Shown here in pieces: positions 50,247 through 58,965 of a stretch of DNA of 64,000 bases. Source of the stretch: an uncultured Thiohalocapsa sp. (GTDB taxonomy: Bacteria > Pseudomonadota > Gammaproteobacteria > Chromatiales > Chromatiaceae); contig NZ_CAJXYK010000034.1 of NCBI RefSeq assembly GCF_913063425.1, positions 911 to 64,910 of the forward strand. Reading direction: 5' to 3'. Each line of letters starts with the position of its first letter. Within the stretch, counting starts at the first letter, position 1. A model generated the notes under the pieces. The model did no database searches. It was given only the letters and a program-made list of their open reading frames with translations, and was not told the DNA's origin. Position numbers and translations under genes: made by a program.

Positions 50247-51209
50247 TCAGCCCCGCACCGTGTCGGGTGCCACCGCGCACAGCGGCGCCAGGCGCACAAG
50301 CCCCTGCGCCTGCTCGATGCACTCCAGCCGGATATCCCGCTCCAGGTGGCGCATCCAGCGGGTGGGGATATCGGTGGGCCCGTAGAGGGCGCCTGCGATC
50401 ATGCCGGTGATGGCGCCGGTGGTGTCGGCGTCCCCGCCGCGGTTAACGCAGTCGATGAGTGCCGTCTCAAAGCTGTCGGTCGCGAACAACGCCTGGAACA
50501 CCGTGCGCAGGGTATCGACGATGAACCCGCTCGGATTCTCGCTGCGCTTGCGCGTGTAGTCGAACACGGGGTCCTGTGCCACCAGCTCGTCGGCGATGGC
50601 CGCGAGGGCGGCACGGTCGCCGCCGAGCATCGCCGTCTGCACCATGCGCAGCACGCACAAGGTGCCGGCGTCCGACGTCGGGTTGTTGTGGGTGACGTGC
50701 GCCTGCGCCTGGTTGGCGGCGTCGATCTGGGCGATGTCCGAGCCGATGGTGGCCAGCGCCACCGGCAGGCAGCGCATGCAGGCGCCGTTGCCGGCGTCGA
50801 ATTCGCTTGGGAGGGACTCCGGGTTGCCGGTGCGCCGGTAGGCGGCGATGCCGCGGCGCACGGTGTTGCCGATGTCGATGGGCTTGCGCCGCATCCAGTC
50901 ACTGAACGCCTCGGCCGCGGCATGGGCGTCGACGCCGCCCGCGGCCAGGATGCTCCGGCCCAGGGCCAGGGCCATCTGGGTGTCGTCGGTGATCTGGCCG
51001 CGGCGGAGCTTGAGCCAGCCGCCGCCGGCCATGTCGCGGTGCACGCGGTAGGCGGCACGGATCTCGGATGGCGTCAGGAACTCCACCGTCGCGCCGAGCG
51101 CATCGCCGACGGCGAGGCCCAGATAGGCGCCGATGGCGCGCCGCTTGATGCGGTCGCCGCTGCCCTCCGCCAGGAACAGAAGCTCAGTTCTCAGGCCCGA
51201 AACAGGCAT
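50247..51209 (-). CDS. draG: ADP-ribosyl-[dinitrogen reductase] glycohydrolase
   Basis: GLAVGDALGATVEF, TDDTQM, DIGNTVRRG, AGNGACMR, GGDADTTGAI. Confidence 0.92.
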   Translation of the reverse strand: MPVSGLRTELLFLAEGSGDRIKRRAIGAYLGLAVGDALGATVEFLTPSEIRAAYRVHRDMAGGGWLKLRRGQITDDTQMALALGRSILAAGGVDAHAAAEAFSDWMRRKPIDIGNTVRRGIAAYRRTGNPESLPSEFDAGNGACMRCLPVALATIGSDIAQIDAANQAQAHVTHNNPTSDAGTLCVLRMVQTAMLGGDRAALAAIADELVAQDPVFDYTRKRSENPSGFIVDTLRTVFQALFATDSFETALIDCVNRGGDADTTGAITGMIAGALYGPTDIPTRWMRHLERDIRLECIEQAQGLVRLAPLCAVAPDTVRG

Positions 51210-51867
51210 GGTAGTCGCTGCAGACCTCGCAGGAAGGTGCGCGGCAGGCATAGATGCCCTCGGCCTCGCACAGCTGTTTGTAAAGGAAGCGCTTCCATTT
51301 CATGTCCTTGACGTTACGCGCGGCGAGCGCCGGGAAGTTGCGCCGCATCAGTGCGGTGAGGTCGGCGCGCTGCCACAGCCCCAGGTCCTGCCAGAGGTGG
51401 TCACTGGCCATGCAGCCGGCAGCCACCACATGGGCCATCCAGACCTCGGAGGGCGAATCCCCCGCCTTGTCCATGAGCATCAGTTCGACCAGCTCATGGC
51501 GCTCGTCGTTCCGTGCCGGGTCGATCTGACGGCCCGGGCAGGGTGAGGCATTGAGCCGCAGGCCCGGAAAGTGATGGGCGAGCAGGCAGCTGAATGCCGC
51601 GGGCTCCAGCCCGAGCCAGTCCGGCAGGGCGCCGCCGCCGGCACAGAGGCTCGCGATCATGCAGGCGAAGGCCTCGTCATTGGGCTCGCCCGCCGCGTGC
51701 AGCGCCAGCCTGGCGTAGAGCGCATTGGCCAGCGCGTCGTTGGCGGCGTGGGCGGCCGGTGTCGGCGGTGCCGCCAGCTTCAGGCCGCTGCGGGTGCGCT
51801 TCGGGTCGTGCTGGTCGGCCTGTTGCCGGGCCGCGTGGGCTGGGCTGGCGCTCATGTCGCTGTCCAT
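51184..51867 (-). CDS. nifQ: Nitrogen fixation protein NifQ
   Basis: HLWQDLGL, NVKDMKWKRFLYKQLC, CRAPSCEVC. Confidence 0.93.
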   Translation of the reverse strand: MDSDMSASPAHAARQQADQHDPKRTRSGLKLAAPPTPAAHAANDALANALYARLALHAAGEPNDEAFACMIASLCAGGGALPDWLGLEPAAFSCLLAHHFPGLRLNASPCPGRQIDPARNDERHELVELMLMDKAGDSPSEVWMAHVVAAGCMASDHLWQDLGLWQRADLTALMRRNFPALAARNVKDMKWKRFLYKQLCEAEGIYACRAPSCEVCSDYHACFGPEN

Positions 51868-51919
51868 CCGTCTCTGCGTTGACTGTGCTCGGGCGCCGGC
51901 GGGCGGCGCCCGAGGTGCT

Positions 51920-52267
51920 TCAGTACTCCACCAGGATGTCTTCGTCGCGGACGATCATCTGGCAGGCCAGGCGCCATTCGCTCGGCACGTCTTCCACCAT
52001 CAGCCGGTCGATGTCGTCCTGGGTGAGCTTGCCGAGGTCCTTCAGCACCGTACGCTCCTTCTCGGTGAGGTGGTAGCCCATGCGCTCCTTGTCGTCGATG
52101 CCGGTGACGCGCACCAGGCAATGGCCGCATTCACCGTCCTGGCAGTCGAACTGCACCGGGATCTTGTGCTCTTTCGCGATCTTGAGAATGGTCTCGGTGT
52201 GGCTGCCGGCCACGGCGTAGACCGTCTTGTCTTTGTATTCGGGGTTGGAGAAGGTGACGAGGGCCAT
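51920..52267 (-). CDS. [2Fe-2S] ferredoxin
   Basis: CQDGECGHC...RLACQ. Confidence 0.9.
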   Translation of the reverse strand: MALVTFSNPEYKDKTVYAVAGSHTETILKIAKEHKIPVQFDCQDGECGHCLVRVTGIDDKERMGYHLTEKERTVLKDLGKLTQDDIDRLMVEDVPSEWRLACQMIVRDEDILVEY

Positions 52268-52377
52268 GGTTTTGCTCCAAGTATCGAGTAGCGGGTTACG
52301 AGGTTCGAGTGTCGCGGGGCGGGTCGGAGGCACGGGGCGAAACCGCGTGACTCGTTACGCGCACCACGTCACTGGGT

Positions 52378-52776
<399 letters not shown>

Positions 52777-52864
52777 TCAGTGCTCAGCTGGTGATTGCCC
52801 GACGAAGCAACAGCTGTGATGCTGGCGCGCTTGCCGGCCAATCAATGCGGGCATGTCGGGCGTC

Positions 52865-54202
52865 TCACGCCAAGTCCGCGAAGTCGATGACGGGCTTCTG
52901 TGCGCCGCCGCCGGCCTCCGCCGCAGCGCCATCCGCGCCGGTCACCGCCTGCGCCAGGGCCTGGCCGAAGTCGCGGCAGTCGGCGAGCTCGGCGTCGGTG
53001 GGGATCAGCTTCAGGCGCAGCCCAGGCACCGGCACCCGCAGCTTCAGGCCGCGCAGCCGGTCCTCGATCATGGGCACCGCCTCGCCGCTCCAGCCGTAGG
53101 AGCCGAAGGCGGCACCCACCTTGCCGCGCAGGCTCACCACCGCCAGCGATGACAACAAATCCCAGACGGGTTTCACGGCATCGCCGTTCACGGTGGGTGA
53201 GCCGAGCGCGATGGCGTCCGCGGCCTCGATGAGGTCCACAAAGGGCTCGGTCTCGCCGCCGTCCAGGTCGTAAAGCGATACGCGGATACCGGGCACGCCC
53301 TCCGCACCGGCGGCGATGGCCTCGGCCATGCGCGCCGTGCTGCCGTAGGCGCTGAGATAGAACACCAGCAGGGTGCGCAGGGGCTTGGCGTCCGCCAGCA
53401 CCGGCTCCAGCGCCATATCGGCGCCGGACAGCTCCCGGTAGCGGGCCACGTAACGTCGCGGGCGCTCGCGCAGGATGGGACCGTGGGTGGGCGCGATGAG
53501 CTTGAGCGGCAGGGGCTCGATGAGCTTGAGCGCGTCGAGCACGTGCGCCTTGAAGGGCCGCATGATGTGCGCGTAGTAGTACTCGAAAGCGAAGCGGAAG
53601 TCCCCGACCCGGTCATTGAAGAGCCGCGGGTCGCAGTGGTGGCAGCCGAAGACGTCGCCGGAGAAGAGCACCTGCTGCTCGGGCAGATAGGTGCACTGGG
53701 TGTCCGGCCAGTGCAGGAAAGGGGTGTGCAGGAACCGAAGCCGCCGGTCCCCGAGGTCGATCGCGTCGCCGGTGTCGACCGTGTCGTAGCGGATCTCCTG
53801 GTCGTCCGCCTTGAGCAGGGCCTTGAGCATGGCCGGTGCCCGCTTGGAGATGACCAGCTTCGCCCGCGGCGCCCGGCGCATCAGCTCCGGCAGGGCGCCG
53901 GAGTGGTCCGGCTCCAGGTGGTTCAGCACGATGACGCGGATCTCGTCATAGCCCGCCACCTGCTCCAGCCGCGCGAAGAAGGTGTCCGCGAACTCCGCCT
54001 TGACGGTGTCCACCACCGCGACCCCGGCACTGCCGCGCACGGCGTAGGCGTTGTAGGTGGTGCCGTTGGCCGTGCGCAGGATCAGGTCGAAGCGGCGCAG
54101 CGACGGGTCCAGCGCGCCGATCCAGTGCACGCCGTCGGCGATGGCGACGGGCGTCGTGCCGGTGCCGGGCTGGCCCTCGCTGCCGGCGGTGGTGCGGCTC
54201 AT
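52865..54202 (-). CDS. fprA: Flavodiiron protein (FprA family)
   Basis: GTTYNAY, HLEPDHSG, HWPDT, SGDVFGCH, SAYGST, AFGSYGWSGEA. Confidence 0.93.
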   Translation of the reverse strand: MSRTTAGSEGQPGTGTTPVAIADGVHWIGALDPSLRRFDLILRTANGTTYNAYAVRGSAGVAVVDTVKAEFADTFFARLEQVAGYDEIRVIVLNHLEPDHSGALPELMRRAPRAKLVISKRAPAMLKALLKADDQEIRYDTVDTGDAIDLGDRRLRFLHTPFLHWPDTQCTYLPEQQVLFSGDVFGCHHCDPRLFNDRVGDFRFAFEYYYAHIMRPFKAHVLDALKLIEPLPLKLIAPTHGPILRERPRRYVARYRELSGADMALEPVLADAKPLRTLLVFYLSAYGSTARMAEAIAAGAEGVPGIRVSLYDLDGGETEPFVDLIEAADAIALGSPTVNGDAVKPVWDLLSSLAVVSLRGKVGAAFGSYGWSGEAVPMIEDRLRGLKLRVPVPGLRLKLIPTDAELADCRDFGQALAQAVTGADGAAAEAGGGAQKPVIDFADLA

Positions 54203-54840
54203 GGCTCGGCGCTCCCGACAGGACCGGCCTCGCTGCCGGGAGCCGGGCTGGTATGCCCGGCGCTGCTCTGGCCAACGCTGCTCTGCCCGGCGCTGCTTTG
54301 CCCGGCGCTGCTCTGCCCGGCGCTGCTCTGGTCGGTACTCCTCTGGCCGGTGCTGCTGGGGGCGGTGGCATCGGTGGCGCGCCGCCCGGTATCGGACCGG
54401 CAGGCGGCGGCGCGCGCATCGCAGGATGGCGCCCGGCTCTGTGGCGTCTGTGTCCCGCGTGCACAGCTGTCCAGCGCGCGGGCGGCCTCCGGCACACCCA
54501 GGGCCGCGAGCACCGGGCCCGGCAGGAAGCCGGCGCAGCGCCCGTGCGGCGAGTCGATCAGGGGCCGGCGGATCAGCAGCGGCTCTGCCACCAGCAGCGC
54601 CAGCGCCGCGCCGGCGTCCAAAGCGTCGATGTCGATGTCACCGTCGCGCACTGCGGGCGCGCTTGGGTTGAGCCAATCGCGCACCGGCATGCCGGCGAAA
54701 TAGCGCGCCAGGTCGTCGGCTTCCCAGGCCGTGCGCAGCAGATCGCGCACCTCGAGCCTGTGCCCGAGACCCACAAGAAGCTGCTTCTGCCGGGCGTTGC
54801 CGATGCAGCCCGGCTTCTCGTAGAAGACGATGGCGGTCAC
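54199..54840 (-). CDS. nifO: NifO/ArsC-like nitrogenase-associated protein
   Basis: FYEKPGCIGNARQK, DWLNPSAP, PLLIRRPLI; low-complexity C-terminal tail. Confidence 0.85.
   Translation of the reverse strand: MTAIVFYEKPGCIGNARQKQLLVGLGHRLEVRDLLRTAWEADDLARYFAGMPVRDWLNPSAPAVRDGDIDIDALDAGAALALLVAEPLLIRRPLIDSPHGRCAGFLPGPVLAALGVPEAARALDSCARGTQTPQSRAPSCDARAAACRSDTGRRATDATAPSSTGQRSTDQSSAGQSSAGQSSAGQSSVGQSSAGHTSPAPGSEAGPVGSAEP
54255..54359 (-). repeat. 15-bp imperfect tandem repeat (about 7 units) encoding AGQSS
   Basis: GCCCGGCGCTGCTCT units on the + strand. Confidence 0.8.
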
Positions 54841-55115
54841 CGTCCGGCGCCCTCCGGATACGTGTACGTTGGGGCGGCGTCGGGGTCGATGCCCGCGCGC
54901 AGGCAGATGAGGGCGCCATGACGGCGCCAGGCCCGCCGCGGCAGCCAGCCGCAGCGGGCGGGGCGGGGCAGTGACCGGCCGCGGTCCACCAGGTCCCGGT
55001 GAGCTGCGGCCGCCGCCAGCAACCGCGCCGGCAGGCGCCGGATGCCGTGCTTGGGCGCGGTGGCGTCCGGGGCCCTGCGGGCGGTGAGCAGGGCAGCGGT
55101 GTCGAAGACGAACAT
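54837..55115 (-). CDS. Small hypothetical protein within the nif operon
   Basis: Lies between fdxN and nifO, overlapping the nifO start by 4 nt. Confidence 0.55.
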   Translation of the reverse strand: MFVFDTAALLTARRAPDATAPKHGIRRLPARLLAAAAAHRDLVDRGRSLPRPARCGWLPRRAWRRHGALICLRAGIDPDAAPTYTYPEGAGR

Positions 55116-55256
55116 GGCGTTGCTCCCGGGCGGCGTTGGTGTTGCCTGCGGCTGGGCGCTGGACTGGGTGTTGGGCTGGACGCTGGACCGGACGTTGGGC
55201 TGGGCCTCGGGCTGGCACCCCGGGTGGATGCGAGCTGGGGTGGCGGGCCCGGCGCG

Positions 55257-55547
55257 TCAGCGCGCCCGGATCTCCGCCATGGCCTGGGCCTGTCGCTCCG
55301 GCGGGATGCCTGTGAGCGACCCGGCCGGGTTCACGGCCTCGCCGGCGGCGTCCAGGATGGCGCCCTCCACCGGGCAGATGCTCGCGCACTGCGGGTCGGC
55401 GTAGTCGCCCTCGCACTCGGTGCAGGCGCGGGCGTCGATGGTGAAGTGACTCATGGCGGGCGGCTCCGCGGGGCGGATCGCGTCGCTCGGGCAGAGCGGC
55501 TCGCAGGCCCAGCAGTTCACACAGCTGTCGATGATGCGGTAGGCCAT
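55257..55547 (-). CDS. fdxN: FdxN-type 2[4Fe-4S] ferredoxin
   Basis: CVNCWACEPLCP and CTECEGDYADPQCASICP. Confidence 0.9.
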   Translation of the reverse strand: MAYRIIDSCVNCWACEPLCPSDAIRPAEPPAMSHFTIDARACTECEGDYADPQCASICPVEGAILDAAGEAVNPAGSLTGIPPERQAQAMAEIRAR

Positions 55548-55651
55548 GGTTGGCTCCTTGGGTGTCTGGTGATAGGTCGCGGCTGGTGCGGATCGGGCCT
55601 GTCAGTCCGGAGTCTGCAGAGCCACCCGGGAGCGGGCTGAATCGCGCCGCC

Positions 55652-57193
55652 TCAGGCCGACAGGGCCGCGGCCTCGGCAGGCGCGTCCAGCCGGCCCTCC
55701 GCCAGCAGCTCCCGGTAGACGGCGGCGACCGCGTCCTCGATGGGCTCCATCGCGTGCTCCCCGTTGGGCACCAGGCCGGCGGCCTCGAGGCGGTCCCAGG
55801 GCTCGATGCCGATCTTCGAGCAGAGCACGCCGGTGACGCCCTCCAGGGTGCGGATGGTCTTGCCCAGCGCGTCCTCGGCCTCGCCGCAGGTGTCGCCGCC
55901 GGCGCAGTAGAGGTCCACCTTGCGGGCGGCGAGGAAGCGCACGTCCACGCCCTCGCCGACGCCGGCGGCCTCGTAGATCAGAAACTCCCGGGCGTGGCCG
56001 AAGTGCTCGTTGATGACACCGCTGCCCGTGGTGGCGACGGCGAAGCGGGCTGTGGGCGCCGCAGCAGGTGCCGGCCGCGGCTTGCTGCGCTTGAGGGACG
56101 TGATCGGGACGAAGGTCTCGCTGGGCTGATCGGGGCGTTGCTGCTGCTGCGCCGTCCGGTTGGCCTCGATGGCCGCGTGCACCTCGGCGCGGCGGGCCAT
56201 GGCGGCTTCGTAGTCGATGTCCATGGCCGCGACCTTCTCATTGGTGAACTCCGCACCCCGATCCTCGCCCAGCATGCCGACGGCGTCCGCGCGGCACTGC
56301 CGGCAGTGGCGCATCATGGCCATGTCCCCGGCGCACGCGTCCTGCAGCGCCTGCAGCTCCTCATTGCTCGGCCCGCGCTGGCCCATGAGCCCATAGAAGG
56401 TGCCGTGCTCGGGCTCGGCGATGAGCGGCATCACGTTGTGCAGGAAGGCGCCCTTGGCCTTGACGACCCGGCTGACTTCTTTGAGGTGCGCGTCGTTGAC
56501 GCCCGGGATCAGCACCGAGTTGACCTTCACCAGCACGCCCCGGTCGCAGAGCATCTGGAGCCCTTTCTGCTGCTGCTCGATGAGGATTTTCGCGGCCTTC
56601 ACGCCCTTGATGCGGCGGTTGTTCCAGAAGATCCACGGGTAGATCTTGGCGCCGATCTCGGGGTCCACGCAGTTGATGGTGATGGTGACGTGGTCGATGT
56701 TGTGCTGGCAGATCTCGTCCACCAGCTCCGGCAGTGCCAGGCCGTTGGTGGAGACGCAGAGCTTGATGTCCGGGGCCTTTGCAGACAATTCGCGGAAGGT
56801 GGCCAGCGTGCGCTCCGGGTTCGCCAGCGGGTCGCCGGGTCCGGCGATGCCGAGCACCGTCATCTGCGGGATCTCCGCCGCCACCGCCAGCGTCTTGGCC
56901 ACCGCCTGCTCCGGCGTCAGCAGCTCCGAGACCACACCCGGGCGCGACTCATTGGAGCAGTCGTACTTGCGGTTGCAGTAGTGGCACTGGATGTTGCAGG
57001 CCGGTGCCACCGCCACATGCATCCGCGCGTAGTGGTGATGCGCGTCCTCCGAGAAGCACGGATGGTTGTGCACCTTGGCGCGGATGTGCTCCGGCAGGTG
57101 CGCGAGCTTGTCGGAGCCTGAGCCGCAGCCGCTTGAAGAGCAGCCGCCGCCGGCGGCAGGTGACTTGGGTTGGTCCAGTGCTTCGAGCGCCAT
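55652..57193 (-). CDS. nifB: FeMo-cofactor biosynthesis radical SAM protein with NifX-like C-domain
   Basis: HPCFS, CNIQCHYCNRKYDC, AGPGDPLAN, MRHCRQCRADA, INEHFGHA. Confidence 0.98.
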   Translation of the reverse strand: MALEALDQPKSPAAGGGCSSSGCGSGSDKLAHLPEHIRAKVHNHPCFSEDAHHHYARMHVAVAPACNIQCHYCNRKYDCSNESRPGVVSELLTPEQAVAKTLAVAAEIPQMTVLGIAGPGDPLANPERTLATFRELSAKAPDIKLCVSTNGLALPELVDEICQHNIDHVTITINCVDPEIGAKIYPWIFWNNRRIKGVKAAKILIEQQQKGLQMLCDRGVLVKVNSVLIPGVNDAHLKEVSRVVKAKGAFLHNVMPLIAEPEHGTFYGLMGQRGPSNEELQALQDACAGDMAMMRHCRQCRADAVGMLGEDRGAEFTNEKVAAMDIDYEAAMARRAEVHAAIEANRTAQQQQRPDQPSETFVPITSLKRSKPRPAPAAAPTARFAVATTGSGVINEHFGHAREFLIYEAAGVGEGVDVRFLAARKVDLYCAGGDTCGEAEDALGKTIRTLEGVTGVLCSKIGIEPWDRLEAAGLVPNGEHAMEPIEDAVAAVYRELLAEGRLDAPAEAAALSA

Positions 57194-57278
57194 CGCGCGT
57201 CCCCCTTGCAATCGGTCGTGTTCGATGCGGCACCGGCCGGCGGTGCAGAGCATGATTCGCAGTGCCTGGCAGGGTTTA

Positions 57279-57294
57279 AGCAAGCACCGTGCCG
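57279..57294 (-). promoter_or_regulatory. sigma54 (-24/-12) promoter of nifB
   Basis: Minus strand CGGCACGGTGCTTGCT. Confidence 0.85.
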
Positions 57295-57367
57295 GCATAC
57301 TCCAGGTTGCGCAGGTGATTGTTTGCAAAGGGATGCGTGGGATGCGTGCGTCAGCGGGCCGCGGGCT

Positions 57368-57383
57368 TGTCGCAAGCGTGACA
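57368..57383. promoter_or_regulatory. NifA upstream activator sequence
   Basis: TGT-CGCAAGCGTG-ACA (TGT-N10-ACA), about 75 bp beyond the -24 box. Confidence 0.85.
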
Positions 57384-57580
57384 GGTGGGGAAGGTCGGAT
57401 TGTCGGGTCCGGTACCGGGCTTGTGTGGCTGGTCAGGCCGTCATTCGCCACCGACGCAACGCCGCGGTTGGTCTGTGGGCGGCCCGTGCCTGGCCCGGTT
57501 TCGGCATCTGGGCGGCGCCGTTCGCCGCCGCACGCCGGCCCAGGTACGCGAGCGCGTCGCCGGCCGCTGCACTCGTTGCA

Positions 57581-57684
57581 CTCGTTCCCAAGCTCTGCTT
57601 GGGAATGCGGTCCCGAAGCTCCGCTTCGCGTCGCTCGGGAAGCAGAGCTTCCCGGCCGAGTTCCCAAGCGTAGGTTGGGAACCA
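57581..57684. repeat. REP-like multi-palindrome element
   Basis: TTCCCAAG-CTCTG-CTTGGGAA, GAAGC-TCC-GCTTC, GGAAGC-AGA-GCTTCC, TTCCCAA-N7-TTGGGAA. Confidence 0.75.
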
Positions 57685-57966
57685 GTTGGCGTCGGGCTCA
57701 CCGAGCTTCGAAGCGCCATCGAACGCGTTCTGAACGCGCAGATTGCAGCCGTGGCAGGCCACATGCAGCGGGGCATGCCGCACCGACTTGCGTCGGGGCA
57801 TTTATTATTACTTTAGCAAGTGCTAATATATTGCCATTCGGGTCGCTCGTCGCCGCGTCGCTCACCCGCACGCCGTGGGTCAGCGCAGCGCACAGGTCCC
57901 CGGGCCTGAGGCGCGTCCCGACCATCAACGCAACGCAACTTTCGGAGTGGATTCATGCACGGGGAA

Positions 57967-58752
57967 ATGACTGAGCAGAGCTTATCGGACGCGCATCGGG
58001 ACAGCGTCGATGCGCACGCACTGACCATCGGCAGCGTGGCGCCGTCCATGCCATGGCAATGGCTGCGGCAGGGCTGGGGCACGCTTGGGCGCACGCCCTT
58101 CGTGAGTACCTTCTATGGTGGGCTGTGCGCGGCCGCCGGGCTCGGCGCCGTGATGATGAGCCAGGCGATGCCGGGGCTCACGGTGAAGTTCGTCATCGGG
58201 CTCCTGATGCTGGGGCCGTTCCTGGCGGCGGGCCTGTACGTGACGGCGCGACGCAGCCTGGCGGGGGACCGCACCGGCATCGGCCGCAGCCTGGCGCTGG
58301 ATGCCTCGCGCCGCTCCAGCCTGGCACTGTTCGGGCTGGTGCTGGTGATGGTGGTGTCCTTCTGGCTCATGGCCACTGCGGTGCTGTTCGCGCTCAAGGT
58401 CACCACGGTGGCGCCCACGGCCTACACCGGCTTCCTCGGCGGCGGCCTTCAGCATCCGCTGATGCTGCTGTTCACCCTGGGCAGCGGTGCGCTGCTCGCC
58501 GCGGCCGTTTTCGCCTCGAGCATCGTTGCCGTGCCGCTCATCGTTGATCGCGACGCGGGCCCCATCGCCGCCGTCCAGGCCAGCTGGCGGGCGGTGACTG
58601 CCAACCCCAGGCCCATGTTGCTCTGGGCCGCCATCATCGTCGGCCTGATGCTGGTGGGCGCCGCGACGGCCTTCATCGGCATGCTGGTGATCTTCCCGCT
58701 GCTCGGTTATGCCAGCTGGCATGCCTATCGGGACTTGATTCCGGAGGCTTGA
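57967..58752 (+). CDS. DUF2189-like integral membrane protein
   Basis: PWQWLRQGW, GPFLAAGLY, multiple TM helices, PLLGYASWHAYRDL. Confidence 0.8.
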   Translation: MTEQSLSDAHRDSVDAHALTIGSVAPSMPWQWLRQGWGTLGRTPFVSTFYGGLCAAAGLGAVMMSQAMPGLTVKFVIGLLMLGPFLAAGLYVTARRSLAGDRTGIGRSLALDASRRSSLALFGLVLVMVVSFWLMATAVLFALKVTTVAPTAYTGFLGGGLQHPLMLLFTLGSGALLAAAVFASSIVAVPLIVDRDAGPIAAVQASWRAVTANPRPMLLWAAIIVGLMLVGAATAFIGMLVIFPLLGYASWHAYRDLIPEA

Positions 58753-58965
58753 GCGACGCGGCCGCGGCCGGGTCCGGTGCGACTGCGCAGGCATTGCGCT
58801 CGGACCCTGCCGCGGAACGCAGCCCACCCGGCGCGCGCCGGCAGTGGCGGATTGCCGGGGCCTTTTCGCTGGACACCTCCCCCGCAGCGCATCGGCGCGA
58901 TGGGCCGTCGCGCCCGCCATCGAGCCCCCGGCCCGCAGCAGGTCGGTGGGTTTCTTCACAGCCGC

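Noticed and set aside
57813-57826. CIRCE/HrcA operator
   Set aside because: Lacks the TTAGCACTC-N9-GAGTGCTAA spacing, and no chaperone gene follows.
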